From an uncultured Bacteroidales bacterium (GTDB lineage Bacteria > Bacteroidota > Bacteroidia > Bacteroidales > UBA7960), in the NCBI GenBank assembly GCA_964453995.1, contig CAYVQC010000007.1:16815-80814 (forward strand): a stretch of 64,000 nt of DNA, written 5' to 3'. Positions 18,525 to 28,433 of this stretch are shown piece by piece (within the stretch, counting starts at the first letter, position 1; every line of letters starts with the position of its first letter). The translations under genes and the position numbers were made by a program. Below the pieces are notes generated by a model. That model worked only from the letters and a program-made list of their open reading frames with translations, was not told where the DNA came from and made no database searches.

Positions 18525-20390
18525 TTATTTGAATTTATCGCCAATCTCGTCCAGCCCCAGCATTTGCAGGGTGGGTTTCCCTGATGGAGTCTGGAAGGGC
18601 ATTTCGCAGGAAAACAAGTCGTCGGTGAGAGCCATCATCTCTTCATCATTCAGCGGTTTGCCTGCCTTTACCGCCAGGCTGCGCGCCAACGACCTTGCCA
18701 GGTTGATGCGGGCATCCAGTTTTATATCGGCCGAGTTTTTTTTGAAATTCTCCAGTATGGATTCCATTACCTGTTGCAGGTTTTCTTGTTCTGATATTTC
18801 GGTGGGCACAGCATTGATCATGAATGAATTTTGACCAAATTCACTGATATCAAAGCCCAGGGATGCAATCTCCTCCCTGATATTTTGAAGCAATTCCGCA
18901 TCGGGTTCCAACAGTTTGATCTGCTCGGGATACAACAGGGTTTGCGAAGCTACCTTCTGGACTTCCATTCTCTTGAGGTGTTTCTCAAAGAGGATGCGTT
19001 CATGCGCTCTCTGCTGATCTATGATCATTAATCCTGATTTGATCGAAGTAAGAATATATCGCTGGTGCAGATGCATAAACTTACGGGTTTGCGGTTTCTC
19101 GTGTTTTTCACTCCAGTCAGCACTGATCACCGTTTGCCTGGGAGCGTTTGCCGTGGGCTGTTGCTGCATGTCATCCCGGCCCGGAAACATTGCAGCCGGG
19201 TTGGGTCCGGGAAACAATTTCTCCCATTTTTCCGGATTAGACCTGGATACAAGACTTTTACCGGAAGAAACATTAGTACCATCACCAAAGGGATTATAAT
19301 CAGGATTCACATCGATGGTAGGGGGTTTTACTGGCCTTGTTTTGTCAAAATGAAAACTGTCGAATGCAGTTTCTCTTTCAAAATCGAGGGAAGGGGCAAC
19401 ATTAAACTTTCCCAGGCTGCGTTTTACCGCAGCTTTTAATATTTGATAAATAATCTTTTCATCCTGGAATTTTATTTCGGTCTTGGTAGGATGAACGTTT
19501 ACATCGATCTGCGCCGGATCAATGTGAAGAAAGATAAAGAATGAAGGGAAGGCATCGTCAGGGATGAGCTCTTCGAAACCGCTTTCAATGGCATGATTCA
19601 GGTAGGGTGATCTGACATACCTTTGGTTTACAAAGAGGAACTGTTCGGTTTTTCTTTTCCTGGCATATTCTGGTTTGAGGATATAACCCTGCAGGGAAAC
19701 CACCTGGGTTTCTTCTTCAACGGGTATCAGCCTGGATTTGTACTGGTTGCCGAAAAGATGTATGATGCGGTTGCCGAGGTTCCCGGTGTTGGCTTGAGTG
19801 GTAAGCTGGTTGTTGTGATAATAGCTGAAAGATACCTGTGGATGGGCCAGTGCGATCCGTACAAATTCATTGAAAATGTGCCCTTTTTCCACATTATCGC
19901 TTTTGAGAAAATTACGTCGTGCAGGCGTATTGAAGAACAGGTTTTTCACAGAAATGCTTGTGCCGGTAGCATGTTGGCACTGCTGCTGTATTTGTAGTTT
20001 TGATGCTTCAACGATCACTTCTGTGGCAAGGGGATTTTCTGCTGTTCTGCTCTTTAGTTCGACACGGGCTACCGATGCTATGGAAGCCAGGGCCTCGCCT
20101 CTGAAACCCATAGTAGTAAGTGCCCACAAATCATTGGCAGTAGTAATCTTGCTGGTGGCATGCCGTTCAAAGCACATGCGGGCATCATTTTCCGACATGC
20201 CTTTGCCGTTGTCGATTACCTGGATAAGGGTACGCCCGGCATCCTTTATAACCAGTTTTATATCTGTAGCACCGGCATCAATACTGTTTTCCAGGAGTTC
20301 TTTTACAACTGAGGCCGGTCGCTGCACTACTTCACCTGCTGCAATCTGGTTGGCTACCGAATCGGGTAGCAGTTTAATGATGTCTGACAT
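18525..20390 (-). CDS. mutL: DNA mismatch repair protein MutL
   Basis: The N-terminus is IKLLPDSVANQIAAGEVVQRPASVVKELLENSIDAGA (GHKL ATPase). The length of 621 aa fits, and a C-terminal dimerisation region is present. Confidence 0.95.
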   Translation of the reverse strand: MSDIIKLLPDSVANQIAAGEVVQRPASVVKELLENSIDAGATDIKLVIKDAGRTLIQVIDNGKGMSENDARMCFERHATSKITTANDLWALTTMGFRGEALASIASVARVELKSRTAENPLATEVIVEASKLQIQQQCQHATGTSISVKNLFFNTPARRNFLKSDNVEKGHIFNEFVRIALAHPQVSFSYYHNNQLTTQANTGNLGNRIIHLFGNQYKSRLIPVEEETQVVSLQGYILKPEYARKRKTEQFLFVNQRYVRSPYLNHAIESGFEELIPDDAFPSFFIFLHIDPAQIDVNVHPTKTEIKFQDEKIIYQILKAAVKRSLGKFNVAPSLDFERETAFDSFHFDKTRPVKPPTIDVNPDYNPFGDGTNVSSGKSLVSRSNPEKWEKLFPGPNPAAMFPGRDDMQQQPTANAPRQTVISADWSEKHEKPQTRKFMHLHQRYILTSIKSGLMIIDQQRAHERILFEKHLKRMEVQKVASQTLLYPEQIKLLEPDAELLQNIREEIASLGFDISEFGQNSFMINAVPTEISEQENLQQVMESILENFKKNSADIKLDARINLARSLARSLAVKAGKPLNDEEMMALTDDLFSCEMPFQTPSGKPTLQMLGLDEIGDKFK

Positions 20391-20411
20391 GGAAAATCTG
20401 CAAAATCTGCA

Positions 20412-20678
20412 TTAACGAAGGAAAATGTAATAAAAAGCAAGTGCCAGTGCCAATAAAACAGCCACCAGCCTTACATTGGAACTGGTGCGTGCCCTGGCAC
20501 CGGAATTTCTTTTCCAGCGCAAATCCATCCGTTCGCGAAGGGCTTCGGCGTAGTCCTTATTGGTTTCTTCAAAGGCGCTTTTCATGCGTTTTTCGCGCTC
20601 TTCCTTTGCCTTGTCCCAGTAAACCGGTTTGTAGTTAAACTGCTTGTTTTTGGATGTTTTGAAAAATGTAATTGCCAT
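20412..20678 (-). CDS. Small charged protein with a C-terminal TM anchor (88 aa)
   Basis: I prefer the internal start MAITFFKTSK (M30 of track ORF 20412..20765). The protein has a Lys/Glu-rich helix and ends in VRLVAVLLALALAFYYIFL. It sits 21 nt upstream of mutL. Confidence 0.5.
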   Translation of the reverse strand: MAITFFKTSKNKQFNYKPVYWDKAKEEREKRMKSAFEETNKDYAEALRERMDLRWKRNSGARARTSSNVRLVAVLLALALAFYYIFLR

Positions 20679-20795
20679 ATCCTGCTGTATTAGTTTGTTT
20701 GTTTTTGAAGTGCCTTTCCCCTTTGTGCAAAGGTACAAATTTACTATGGAAGGAAAAACAGGCATCCTGATTACCGAAGGTATAAAAAGTACCTG

Positions 20796-22322
20796 TTATC
20801 TGCGATCTTCTGCAGCAGCGGCACCGGGAAGTTGTATGCTGTTCTGGCCCCTCCAGGGAGAGACCGAAAGAGTAGCTGCAATGTACACTGCGGTGAAAAG
20901 GATGAGCTCAATGGTGGTGGCTGCAAAAAGGTTTACTGCTTCCCACATGGGGCGAATAATAAAGTGTGCTGCAACCTGCAGCAATAGCACTGTTATTATT
21001 ACCAAAATAATTTTGCGGTTTTGGGCCCTGTGCAGGAAGGAAGAACGGGCACGGAAATAATAATAGGTAAACAAAATGATATAGCTGGCCAATGTGGTGT
21101 GTGCCGCAATCGAATACCCCAGGCGTGGCACCAGCAGCAGGTTGAGCAAAACATTTGCCACCGTTGCGATGATCACACCCAGGTATAGTGGTGTAAGTTG
21201 ATTGAAAAATTTTAGTTTGATTGACGAAAAATGGCAGAGCCCCTCCAATAAAAAAGAAAAAGTAATGAAAGGGATGATGAACCAGGCCTCGCGAAAATCC
21301 GGGCCCAGCAGAACTATCGAAAGGGGTTTGGCATACAGTGAGATATATACAGCCATGGGAAGGATCAAATAAAAGTACCACCGGAAGGCATTGGAAATAA
21401 ATTCGTCGGAATTCTTTCTGTTGCGCTCCAGATTATTGAGCAGGTAAGGGTTGAAAGATGCATTGAGCACAGTAATCATCGCCATAATGCTCATCTGGCC
21501 CAGCATATACGTTTGGTTATAAATCCCTGTCTTATCCAAACCCCAGTAAAAGTTGACGATCCACCGGTCGCTGGAGATAAGCAGGTAGGTGGCTGTCATG
21601 GTGAGGGTTCCTGCTAATCCATAGCGGCCAAACCTTTTCAGGTCGTTGATGGCCAGCAGGTTAAAGCGGGGGAGAAGAGAGAATCCACTGCCGGGAATCA
21701 GGTAAGCAAGAAAAGCCAGGTTTACCAGTGCAGGGGCCATGAAAAAGGCGAAAATCCCCACATCGTACAAAAAAGTCATCACCAGCAAAAGGATGAATGA
21801 GATGGCAGCTTTTGCACCATTCACAATATTGTAATATGCTGATTTCCCTTCAATGCGTTTGGGTATGAGAAGAATGGTGATGAGCTCCTGGGTAATGATG
21901 TTCGCCCCTCCCCACACAATCAGCTCCCTGGCTGCAGGATTGGCCGTTCCCAGGTACCAGAAAAGAGTAACAATGGCAATAAGCCCTCCCGACAAAAGGA
22001 AAAACGCAGAAACTGCCTGCCAGAACCGCTGGTTTTGCCCTCGTCGTTGGTATTTAAGATAGTACCGCCATATAGATGTCCGTATCCATTCCAGCTTCAC
22101 TACCGACAGGTACAGAAATACCAGGTAAACCAGTGTATATTGACCGTACTCGGATGGGCTGAAGACCCTTGTGAAAATAGGTGAACGAAGCAATAAAACC
22201 AGCATTGGCAGCACTGCTCCGGCAAGGTACCATACCAGGTCTTTTTTGATCTGCTCTGTTCCGTATACTTTCAAGGTGGATGCGATTTTATTCAGCTTGT
22301 TTCTCTTGCGTTCTATTCTCAA
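20796..22322 (-). CDS. Polysaccharide flippase-like (Wzx/MOP-type) polytopic membrane protein
   Basis: 508 aa with about 12-14 hydrophobic helices. It overlaps the upstream glycosyltransferase by 35 nt. The call rests on topology and context only. Confidence 0.6.
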   Translation of the reverse strand: MRIERKRNKLNKIASTLKVYGTEQIKKDLVWYLAGAVLPMLVLLLRSPIFTRVFSPSEYGQYTLVYLVFLYLSVVKLEWIRTSIWRYYLKYQRRGQNQRFWQAVSAFFLLSGGLIAIVTLFWYLGTANPAARELIVWGGANIITQELITILLIPKRIEGKSAYYNIVNGAKAAISFILLLVMTFLYDVGIFAFFMAPALVNLAFLAYLIPGSGFSLLPRFNLLAINDLKRFGRYGLAGTLTMTATYLLISSDRWIVNFYWGLDKTGIYNQTYMLGQMSIMAMITVLNASFNPYLLNNLERNRKNSDEFISNAFRWYFYLILPMAVYISLYAKPLSIVLLGPDFREAWFIIPFITFSFLLEGLCHFSSIKLKFFNQLTPLYLGVIIATVANVLLNLLLVPRLGYSIAAHTTLASYIILFTYYYFRARSSFLHRAQNRKIILVIITVLLLQVAAHFIIRPMWEAVNLFAATTIELILFTAVYIAATLSVSPWRGQNSIQLPGAAAAEDRR

Positions 22323-23511
22323 GCAGACCCTTATAAATCAGAGTCAGCTTTTTCTCCATTTGTTGCCAGTTGAATTGTGTTCTGTAAAGATTTAGGCAGT
22401 TTTGTCTCAAAGTGTTGTACAACTTTTCCTGGGTCATGAGTTTTTTCATGGCTTCGGCCAGTTCTGCTATATTGCCGGGTTCTACAGTTAAGCCTGTATG
22501 GTATGTTTCCGTGATCTTTTTCATATGACCGATACCAGTGGTAATTACGGGCAACCCAAAAGCAATATACTCGAATATTTTGATGGGCATGATGATGTGA
22601 TTTACCTTTTTTGTGTCAAAAAAAGCCAACCCGCAGCGCGAAGCCTTGTAAAAATCTGTAACTTTCTCATAGGGAACAGGCAGATGAAGGGTTACCTGCT
22701 TCGATAAGGATTTCGATTCAATGAATTTTTCCATTTCTTCTTTAAGCCCAGGGTCGCATACAAGCCCTATCATAAGCAACCGTGCCTTTATGCCTTGCTC
22801 CCGCAAAATTACCATTGCATGGAGCATTTCCATGGCTCCTCTGCGTCTGCGTATGCCTCCGGAATAAATGAAATCAAATCTTTTGTCAGGCATTTCATTA
22901 ATGGTAGGCACAGTCCAGTTGCAGTAATTGTAAATGATCTCAACGGGAATGTGCGCAAGATGGTCTTTGAAGTTTTGCGCAACATTTTCTTCCGTAGCAA
23001 TTACAAGATCACTGTATTTTGCCTTGCGCAATTCCCAGTAATGGATGTACCCGGCGTAAGTCTTCATGAACACTTTCATCAGTGGATTATTCACCTCTGC
23101 ATCAGCAAGTGTAACGGGATTAGGTTCATGCACATCATAGATAAGCAGTGGATTGTATGGCAAGGCTTTGATGGCGGGTGCTATTTTCAGCAATTGCAGA
23201 TCATGCATGTGGTAAATATCTGCCTTAAGCCCGGCTGCTTTCTGCAGTATCCGGGAGTATTCATTGGCGGGAGCGATTTTCCTGGCCAGGGCATCCAGCA
23301 GCAGATGTTTTGAATAGGATTTTTTTCTGATCTGTACCAGCCTGATGCCATGTTCGGATAGCTCATCAAGCTCCTTTTCTCCCAGGCAAATGTGGGTTAC
23401 CTGGTAACCTGCTTTTTTCAACGATAGCGCCTGTTTCCAGTAAATACGGTCATCGTAGGGCGAGTGCAGGCTCGACATCATGCAAATATGTACCGTATTA
23501 TGCTTGCTCAT
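22288..23511 (-). CDS. Glycosyltransferase, GT-B fold (GT4-like)
   Basis: 407 aa. The C-terminal half contains PIKIFEYIAFGLPVITTGIGH, which resembles the GT4 EX7E nucleotide-sugar binding region. Confidence 0.7.
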   Translation of the reverse strand: MSKHNTVHICMMSSLHSPYDDRIYWKQALSLKKAGYQVTHICLGEKELDELSEHGIRLVQIRKKSYSKHLLLDALARKIAPANEYSRILQKAAGLKADIYHMHDLQLLKIAPAIKALPYNPLLIYDVHEPNPVTLADAEVNNPLMKVFMKTYAGYIHYWELRKAKYSDLVIATEENVAQNFKDHLAHIPVEIIYNYCNWTVPTINEMPDKRFDFIYSGGIRRRRGAMEMLHAMVILREQGIKARLLMIGLVCDPGLKEEMEKFIESKSLSKQVTLHLPVPYEKVTDFYKASRCGLAFFDTKKVNHIIMPIKIFEYIAFGLPVITTGIGHMKKITETYHTGLTVEPGNIAELAEAMKKLMTQEKLYNTLRQNCLNLYRTQFNWQQMEKKLTLIYKGLLENRTQEKQAE

Positions 23512-23790
23512 AGAAAGGTTTTTTCTCAGACCGGCTTTGTCCTGCCTTTTGCTATTATACTTTAATCCGGAGCAAATTTATGGTTTTCCTTTTACTATGG
23601 AGAAGAATTTTGTTCAAGAACTGATTCCTGCATTTTCCCCGGGGAATCTTTAACATGTATTCACGGGAAAATCCCTTTTATCTTCCCAGGTTTGGCATCT
23701 GCATTAGCACATACGTGGTATTAAAAAATAAAAAAACAGGACCGGGAATTGTATCCTGATCCTGGCGGGAAAAAATTCAAAGGGTTTGTA

Positions 23791-24198
23791 TCAGATTTTC
23801 TCCGAGGCCTTTATCCCTTCAATGATCCGTTGCATCCGCTCTCTTACATCTTCGGCCAGAGGCTGTAAGGCAGGATTGGTAACAGATGCCATCATGGCAT
23901 GAGGGTCAACAGCCGACACTTCAATTTTACCATTGTCAAGTTGTTCCACCACTACATTGCAGGGAAGAAACACACCAAGTTTATCTTCGGCCTGTAATGC
24001 TTTATGGGCAAAATGCGGATTGCAGGCACCAAGAATTATGTAAGGCCTGAAATCGGCATCGATCTTTTTCTTCAAAGTTTCTTTTACATTGATCTGGGTA
24101 AGAACTCCAAATCCTTCTTTTTGCAGTTCGGCAGTTGCCACCTCTATGGCCTGCTCAAAACCTGTCTTTGTTAAAATAGTACTGAAATAATAGCTCAT
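23791..24198 (-). CDS. DUF302 family protein
   Basis: The sequence MSYYFS..TGFEQAIEVATAELQKEGFGVLTQINVKETLKKKIDADFRPYIILGACNP fits the DUF302 pattern as I recall it. I preferred the internal start at M12 of the track ORF. Confidence 0.65.
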   Translation of the reverse strand: MSYYFSTILTKTGFEQAIEVATAELQKEGFGVLTQINVKETLKKKIDADFRPYIILGACNPHFAHKALQAEDKLGVFLPCNVVVEQLDNGKIEVSAVDPHAMMASVTNPALQPLAEDVRERMQRIIEGIKASEKI

Positions 24199-24260
24199 GA
24201 TTATCTTTTTTTTATAATAACCCGTAAGCAAATTGAATGTTCATAAATAAAAAGTTTCAT

Positions 24261-26675
24261 TTATTCATACCTCAATGATAGAGACGGATTGATGCTGGCA
24301 GCTTTCAGGGTTCTGTAGCTTATGGTTGTCAGTGCTATCAGCGTGGCAATGATAAGGCCTTGAAAGAAATCCATTGGGTTTAGGGAAATCCGGTAATGGT
24401 AATTCTGTAGCCAGTTTTCTGCTATCCAGTAAATCAATGGCCAGCCAATGGCAGTGGAAATTGCTATGAGGATAAGAATTTCTTTTGCTACCATAAACCA
24501 GATATCCAGTTTTGAAGCTCCAAAAGTCTTCCTGATTCCTATCTCCCTTGTTTTTTGTGCCACGGTAAATGCAGTGAGCCCGAATAATCCTAAAGATGCG
24601 ATAACAATTGCAAGGGCAGTAAAAATGAGGGAAAGCCTGGCATTTTGTTTCTCTTCCCCATAAAGCCTTTGCAATTCTTCGTCCAAAAAGAAATACAGCA
24701 TGGGTTCCTGTTGAGTGTAAGAAGCCCAAATATCGTTGATCTGCTCCAGTGTGGCTTGCGGCGATCCGGGTTTGAGACGAACACTCAGGTAGCCCCAGTT
24801 CATGTCTTCATTCTTAAATTTCAGAATGTAGGGCCTTATTTTGCTGTGCAACGATTCGAAGTGAAAATCTTTTACCACACCTATTACAGGCATTTCCGGT
24901 TGGCTGCTGTCACCATCCATAAATCTAATGGCAAGAGGGTCGTCCATGGCAAAATTCTTAACCGCCTGTTGGTTGATGAGGCATGCCTGTCGATCGGTCA
25001 TGAATTGCGGATCGAAAAACCTGCCCTGGTCTATTTCCAAACCATAGGTTTCCAGGTAATCATAATCCACCCAGTTGGTTTGCAGGATAAAGGTTTCTTC
25101 AGGTCTTCCCTTGATCATGTGGCCATTGTTATTGTTTTCATGACCCGGTACTGCTGTAGAGGCAGCAGCTGAAACAACACCTGGCAGGGTAAGCATCTCA
25201 TTCTTAAAACTGTTGATCTGTTCTCCCAGTACACCCGCCCTTCTGATCACCACAACCTCTTCTTTGTCAAATCCAAGGTCTTTATTGAGCATAAAGTTGA
25301 TCTGGCGATGCATGATGAGGGTTCCTATGATCAAAATCACCGATATTGCAAACTGCAACGTAGTTAGTACCCTGCGTAGCGTAAGCAGGTCGTTTCCTTT
25401 TTTTATCCTCCCTTTTAGTACCTTTATCGGATTGAAAGAGGAAAGATAGAAGGCGGGATAAATACCTGCCAGGATACCGATTACAATGGCTGATAAGAGC
25501 AAAACCGGAATGGTATACCAGGGCGAGAAGTAGTTGATGGTCAGCTTTATGTCAAGCAATGGATTGAGAAAAGGAAGTGCCAGTTCTGCGAGTAAAACCG
25601 CCAGCATCATGGCCAAAAGCGCCAAAAAGATAGTTTCGGTAAGGAACTGGGCCATGAGTAGTCCCCTGGATGATCCGGTTACTTTTTTTACACCTACCTC
25701 CCTGGCTCTTTTGGTGGCCTGGGCGGTAGAGAGGTTCATAAAGTTGATGGCCCCAATGATCAGGATCAATCCTCCAATAGCTGCAAAAATATTCAGGTAG
25801 CGTGGATCCCTCGGTGTTGTAAGCTCCTGTTCTACTGCTGGGTTGAGGTAGATGTCTGTGAGAGGTTGCAGGTAAATGCTGTAGCGGTTTCCCTGATTTA
25901 TAAAATCCTCCAGGTGTATTCCAAAAAACTCCTTTACCTGCGGACCCACATATTTTAGCACAAGCTCTTCAATGCCTTCGTTGATCTGTTGAGGTTGAGC
26001 ATCGGGGTGAAGCATAACAAAAGTGCTGAAGCTGTTGCTTAGCCATGAAGGGTGATTTGCCCTTGAGTTGGTCATAAACGATCCCACTGCATTGGCTTTG
26101 AAGTGGGTATTTTCAGGAACATCCTCCATGATCCCGGTAACCCGGTACAGGGAGGTGCCTGTTCCTACCCTTATCATTTTGTTTATCGGGTCTTCATTGC
26201 CAAACATCCTCTGAGCCATGCTTTGGGATAGAACTACCGTGTAAGGTTCATTAAGCACATGTTGCTTATTACCTTTCAACAAAGAGATGCTGAAGAAATC
26301 GAAAAATGTTGAATCAGCCTCAATAAAGTGATCTTCAATGAAGAAATTGTCTTCGTAACGGATCACGGTTTCATTGAAACTACTCATTCTCATAAACCCT
26401 TGTAAACCGGGGATTTCTCTTGCCATGGCTGGCCCTATGGGAGCTGCTGTAAAAGCCCCGGTAAATTCTTCTCCACCCATTCGACCGTGAAGAACCAGCT
26501 GATAGATATTATCCTTGTTTTCGTGGTATTGATCCACACTGAGCTGTTGATAGACGAAGAGCCCTATAACAAGTGAGCAGGCTATGCCAATAGCAAGCCC
26601 GCCCACATTAATGAGGACATAAACCTTCTGCCGCTTAAGGGTTCTGAGGCTGTGTTGCAGTAACTTAGAGATCAT
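24261..26675 (-). CDS. FtsX/MacB-like ABC transporter permease (804 aa, duplicated FtsX module)
   Basis: An N-terminal TM helix precedes a large periplasmic domain and a 4-helix FtsX bundle. This arrangement is repeated once. No ATPase gene is adjacent. Confidence 0.8.
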   Translation of the reverse strand: MISKLLQHSLRTLKRQKVYVLINVGGLAIGIACSLVIGLFVYQQLSVDQYHENKDNIYQLVLHGRMGGEEFTGAFTAAPIGPAMAREIPGLQGFMRMSSFNETVIRYEDNFFIEDHFIEADSTFFDFFSISLLKGNKQHVLNEPYTVVLSQSMAQRMFGNEDPINKMIRVGTGTSLYRVTGIMEDVPENTHFKANAVGSFMTNSRANHPSWLSNSFSTFVMLHPDAQPQQINEGIEELVLKYVGPQVKEFFGIHLEDFINQGNRYSIYLQPLTDIYLNPAVEQELTTPRDPRYLNIFAAIGGLILIIGAINFMNLSTAQATKRAREVGVKKVTGSSRGLLMAQFLTETIFLALLAMMLAVLLAELALPFLNPLLDIKLTINYFSPWYTIPVLLLSAIVIGILAGIYPAFYLSSFNPIKVLKGRIKKGNDLLTLRRVLTTLQFAISVILIIGTLIMHRQINFMLNKDLGFDKEEVVVIRRAGVLGEQINSFKNEMLTLPGVVSAAASTAVPGHENNNNGHMIKGRPEETFILQTNWVDYDYLETYGLEIDQGRFFDPQFMTDRQACLINQQAVKNFAMDDPLAIRFMDGDSSQPEMPVIGVVKDFHFESLHSKIRPYILKFKNEDMNWGYLSVRLKPGSPQATLEQINDIWASYTQQEPMLYFFLDEELQRLYGEEKQNARLSLIFTALAIVIASLGLFGLTAFTVAQKTREIGIRKTFGASKLDIWFMVAKEILILIAISTAIGWPLIYWIAENWLQNYHYRISLNPMDFFQGLIIATLIALTTISYRTLKAASINPSLSLRYE

Positions 26676-26782
26676 AATTGCAGGTTGTTTTCAGGGTTAC
26701 ATTTGTGAACGAAAATATGACGGTTTTAAAAATGCAAAAGTTACAGACCTCTTAAAAAAAATGGCGATGGTTTACATTCCCT

Positions 26783-28021
26783 TTATCTTAGGGGTTCAAT
26801 ACGGTAAATACCACCGTTGCTTTCATCTGTTGCAATGTATAAAAATCCATCGGGCCCCTGGCGTATATCGCGGATACGTCCAATCATTTCTGTTAAGAGT
26901 GTTTCCTGCAGTGCCGGTTGCCCCTCTTCAAAAGTAAATCGGTAAACCTCCTGCCTCAGCAGCGATCCGGCAAAAAGGTTTCCTTTCCAGGCAGGGAATA
27001 CTGAACCATCGTAAAAAGCCAGTCCTGAAGGCCCCATGGATTCATCCCATACATGAGCAGGCGGTGTCACCCCAGGAGCTTCGCGGCCTATTCCAATATG
27101 CTCTCCTGTAGAGTATTCGCGGCCGTAAGTTACCTGGGGCCAGCCGTAATTATTGCCGCTCTCAATTTTGTATAGCAGGTCGCCGCCCCTTGGGCCGTGA
27201 TCTGTAGCCCATATTTCGCCATTGTCAGGATTGATGGCCAATCCCTGGTTGTTGCGATGACCAAAGGAGTAAATCTCGGGACGCAGGTTGCCCGGTGCCA
27301 TTCCCACAAAGGGGTTGTCGGGAGCAGCGCCGCCGTTTTCTGACAGCCGTATGATTGAACCGGCGGGGTGGGTGAGATCCTGCGAGGGATAGCGCAAACC
27401 CCTATCACCAATAGAAAACAAAACGGTGCCATCGCCCGGGAATACAATCCTTGAGCCGTAATGACGACCCGGTTGGGTACGAGGCATCATGGTGTAGAGT
27501 ACTTCCAGGTCGGTGAAGTCGCTTGCATCAGCATTGAGCCTTGCCCTTGCCAGTCCTGTACCGGTAGCACGCCTGGCCGAAACTCCATCGGCATCACCAG
27601 GGCTGGAGTAGGTAAAGTAAATCCAGGCGTTGTTTTCATAGTCAGGATGCACCGCTACATCCAGCAAACCTGCCTGGCTTCCACCCTGGGGTGCCGTTCG
27701 CTGATCCTCCTGGTAGTGGATCGGGGGAAGGTTCCTTAGTTGGGTAACGGTGTTTCCATCGATCAAATGCATACGGCCGGGGCGCTCAGTAACGATCATG
27801 CGGCCGTCGGGCAGCCAACCTATTGCCCAGGGATGCTCCAGGTTTTCAACAACCTGCACAATCCGGTATGTGACCTCCTGGCTGCTTACTTCAGACTCTA
27901 TTACCCTGTCGGTAACGGCAGGTTGCGACCACACAATGGCTGGAATTAATGATACCAGCAGTGCAGGTAAGAAAACAATTACGCTAAATCGCATTTTTCT
28001 TGATTTTGAAGTTGGGTTCAT
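26783..28021 (-). CDS. PQQ-dependent soluble sugar (glucose/sorbosone) dehydrogenase, beta-propeller
   Basis: A signal peptide is followed by LEHPWAIGWLPDGRMIVTERPGRM, GLLDVAVHPDY, FGHRNNQGLAINP and WATDHGPRGGDLLYKIESGNNYGWP. Confidence 0.8.
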   Translation of the reverse strand: MNPTSKSRKMRFSVIVFLPALLVSLIPAIVWSQPAVTDRVIESEVSSQEVTYRIVQVVENLEHPWAIGWLPDGRMIVTERPGRMHLIDGNTVTQLRNLPPIHYQEDQRTAPQGGSQAGLLDVAVHPDYENNAWIYFTYSSPGDADGVSARRATGTGLARARLNADASDFTDLEVLYTMMPRTQPGRHYGSRIVFPGDGTVLFSIGDRGLRYPSQDLTHPAGSIIRLSENGGAAPDNPFVGMAPGNLRPEIYSFGHRNNQGLAINPDNGEIWATDHGPRGGDLLYKIESGNNYGWPQVTYGREYSTGEHIGIGREAPGVTPPAHVWDESMGPSGLAFYDGSVFPAWKGNLFAGSLLRQEVYRFTFEEGQPALQETLLTEMIGRIRDIRQGPDGFLYIATDESNGGIYRIEPLR

Positions 28022-28433
28022 AATGATTTTCGTTTAAAGTTACGTTTATTAAAACAAAATACCGGGAATTTGTTTGAAGAAATTAATTTTCTGAATGTCC
28101 GCAATCTTGCCAGTTATTTGGCCTACTGTATGATCGGTTACTAAGCTATTGCCGTCTGGCCTGCCTCCCCTGGTAGCTGTCCAATAGTTCTTTTGGTAGT
28201 GGTAGGCCTGCCCGTCTTTGGTGTGCCTGCCTGCCTGTGGCAGGTTTATCTGACGGGTATTAGGTCATACCAGATAAAGGTGACTTTAGGGCCATTAATT
28301 CATTGATGACATTTTTAATTATCTGTACATTTGTTCGTTTCCATCATGTAAAACCTTTGTGTATCGATACTTCAATGGCTGGAAACAATAGTCAGTTTGG
28401 GATAATAAAGTTTACACATTCAATAATAAAATT

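Noticed and set aside
20644-21381. ORFs 20644..21060 (+) and 20908..21381 (-) overlapping the flippase gene
   Set aside because: They are off-frame or antisense to a 508-aa polytopic membrane ORF, with odd composition (Gly/Pro/His-rich) and no independent start context.
22288-22322. 35-nt overlap between the glycosyltransferase and flippase ORFs as a sign of frameshift or pseudogene
   Set aside because: Both ORFs are full length with intact N- and C-termini. Short overlaps of this kind are normal within operons.
23512-23790. Inverted repeats (gattcc..ggaatc, ccccgggg) upstream of the glycosyltransferase as a riboswitch
   Set aside because: The stems are short, I recognise no known riboswitch core, and the region also has to hold the DUF302 gene terminator and the glycosyltransferase promoter. 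The evidence is insufficient to call a feature.
24261-26675. FtsX/MacB-like permease without an adjacent ATPase as an unusual orphan
   Set aside because: As far as I recall, stand-alone duplicated-FtsX permease genes are very common in Bacteroidota genomes. Nothing in the sequence marks this one as special.
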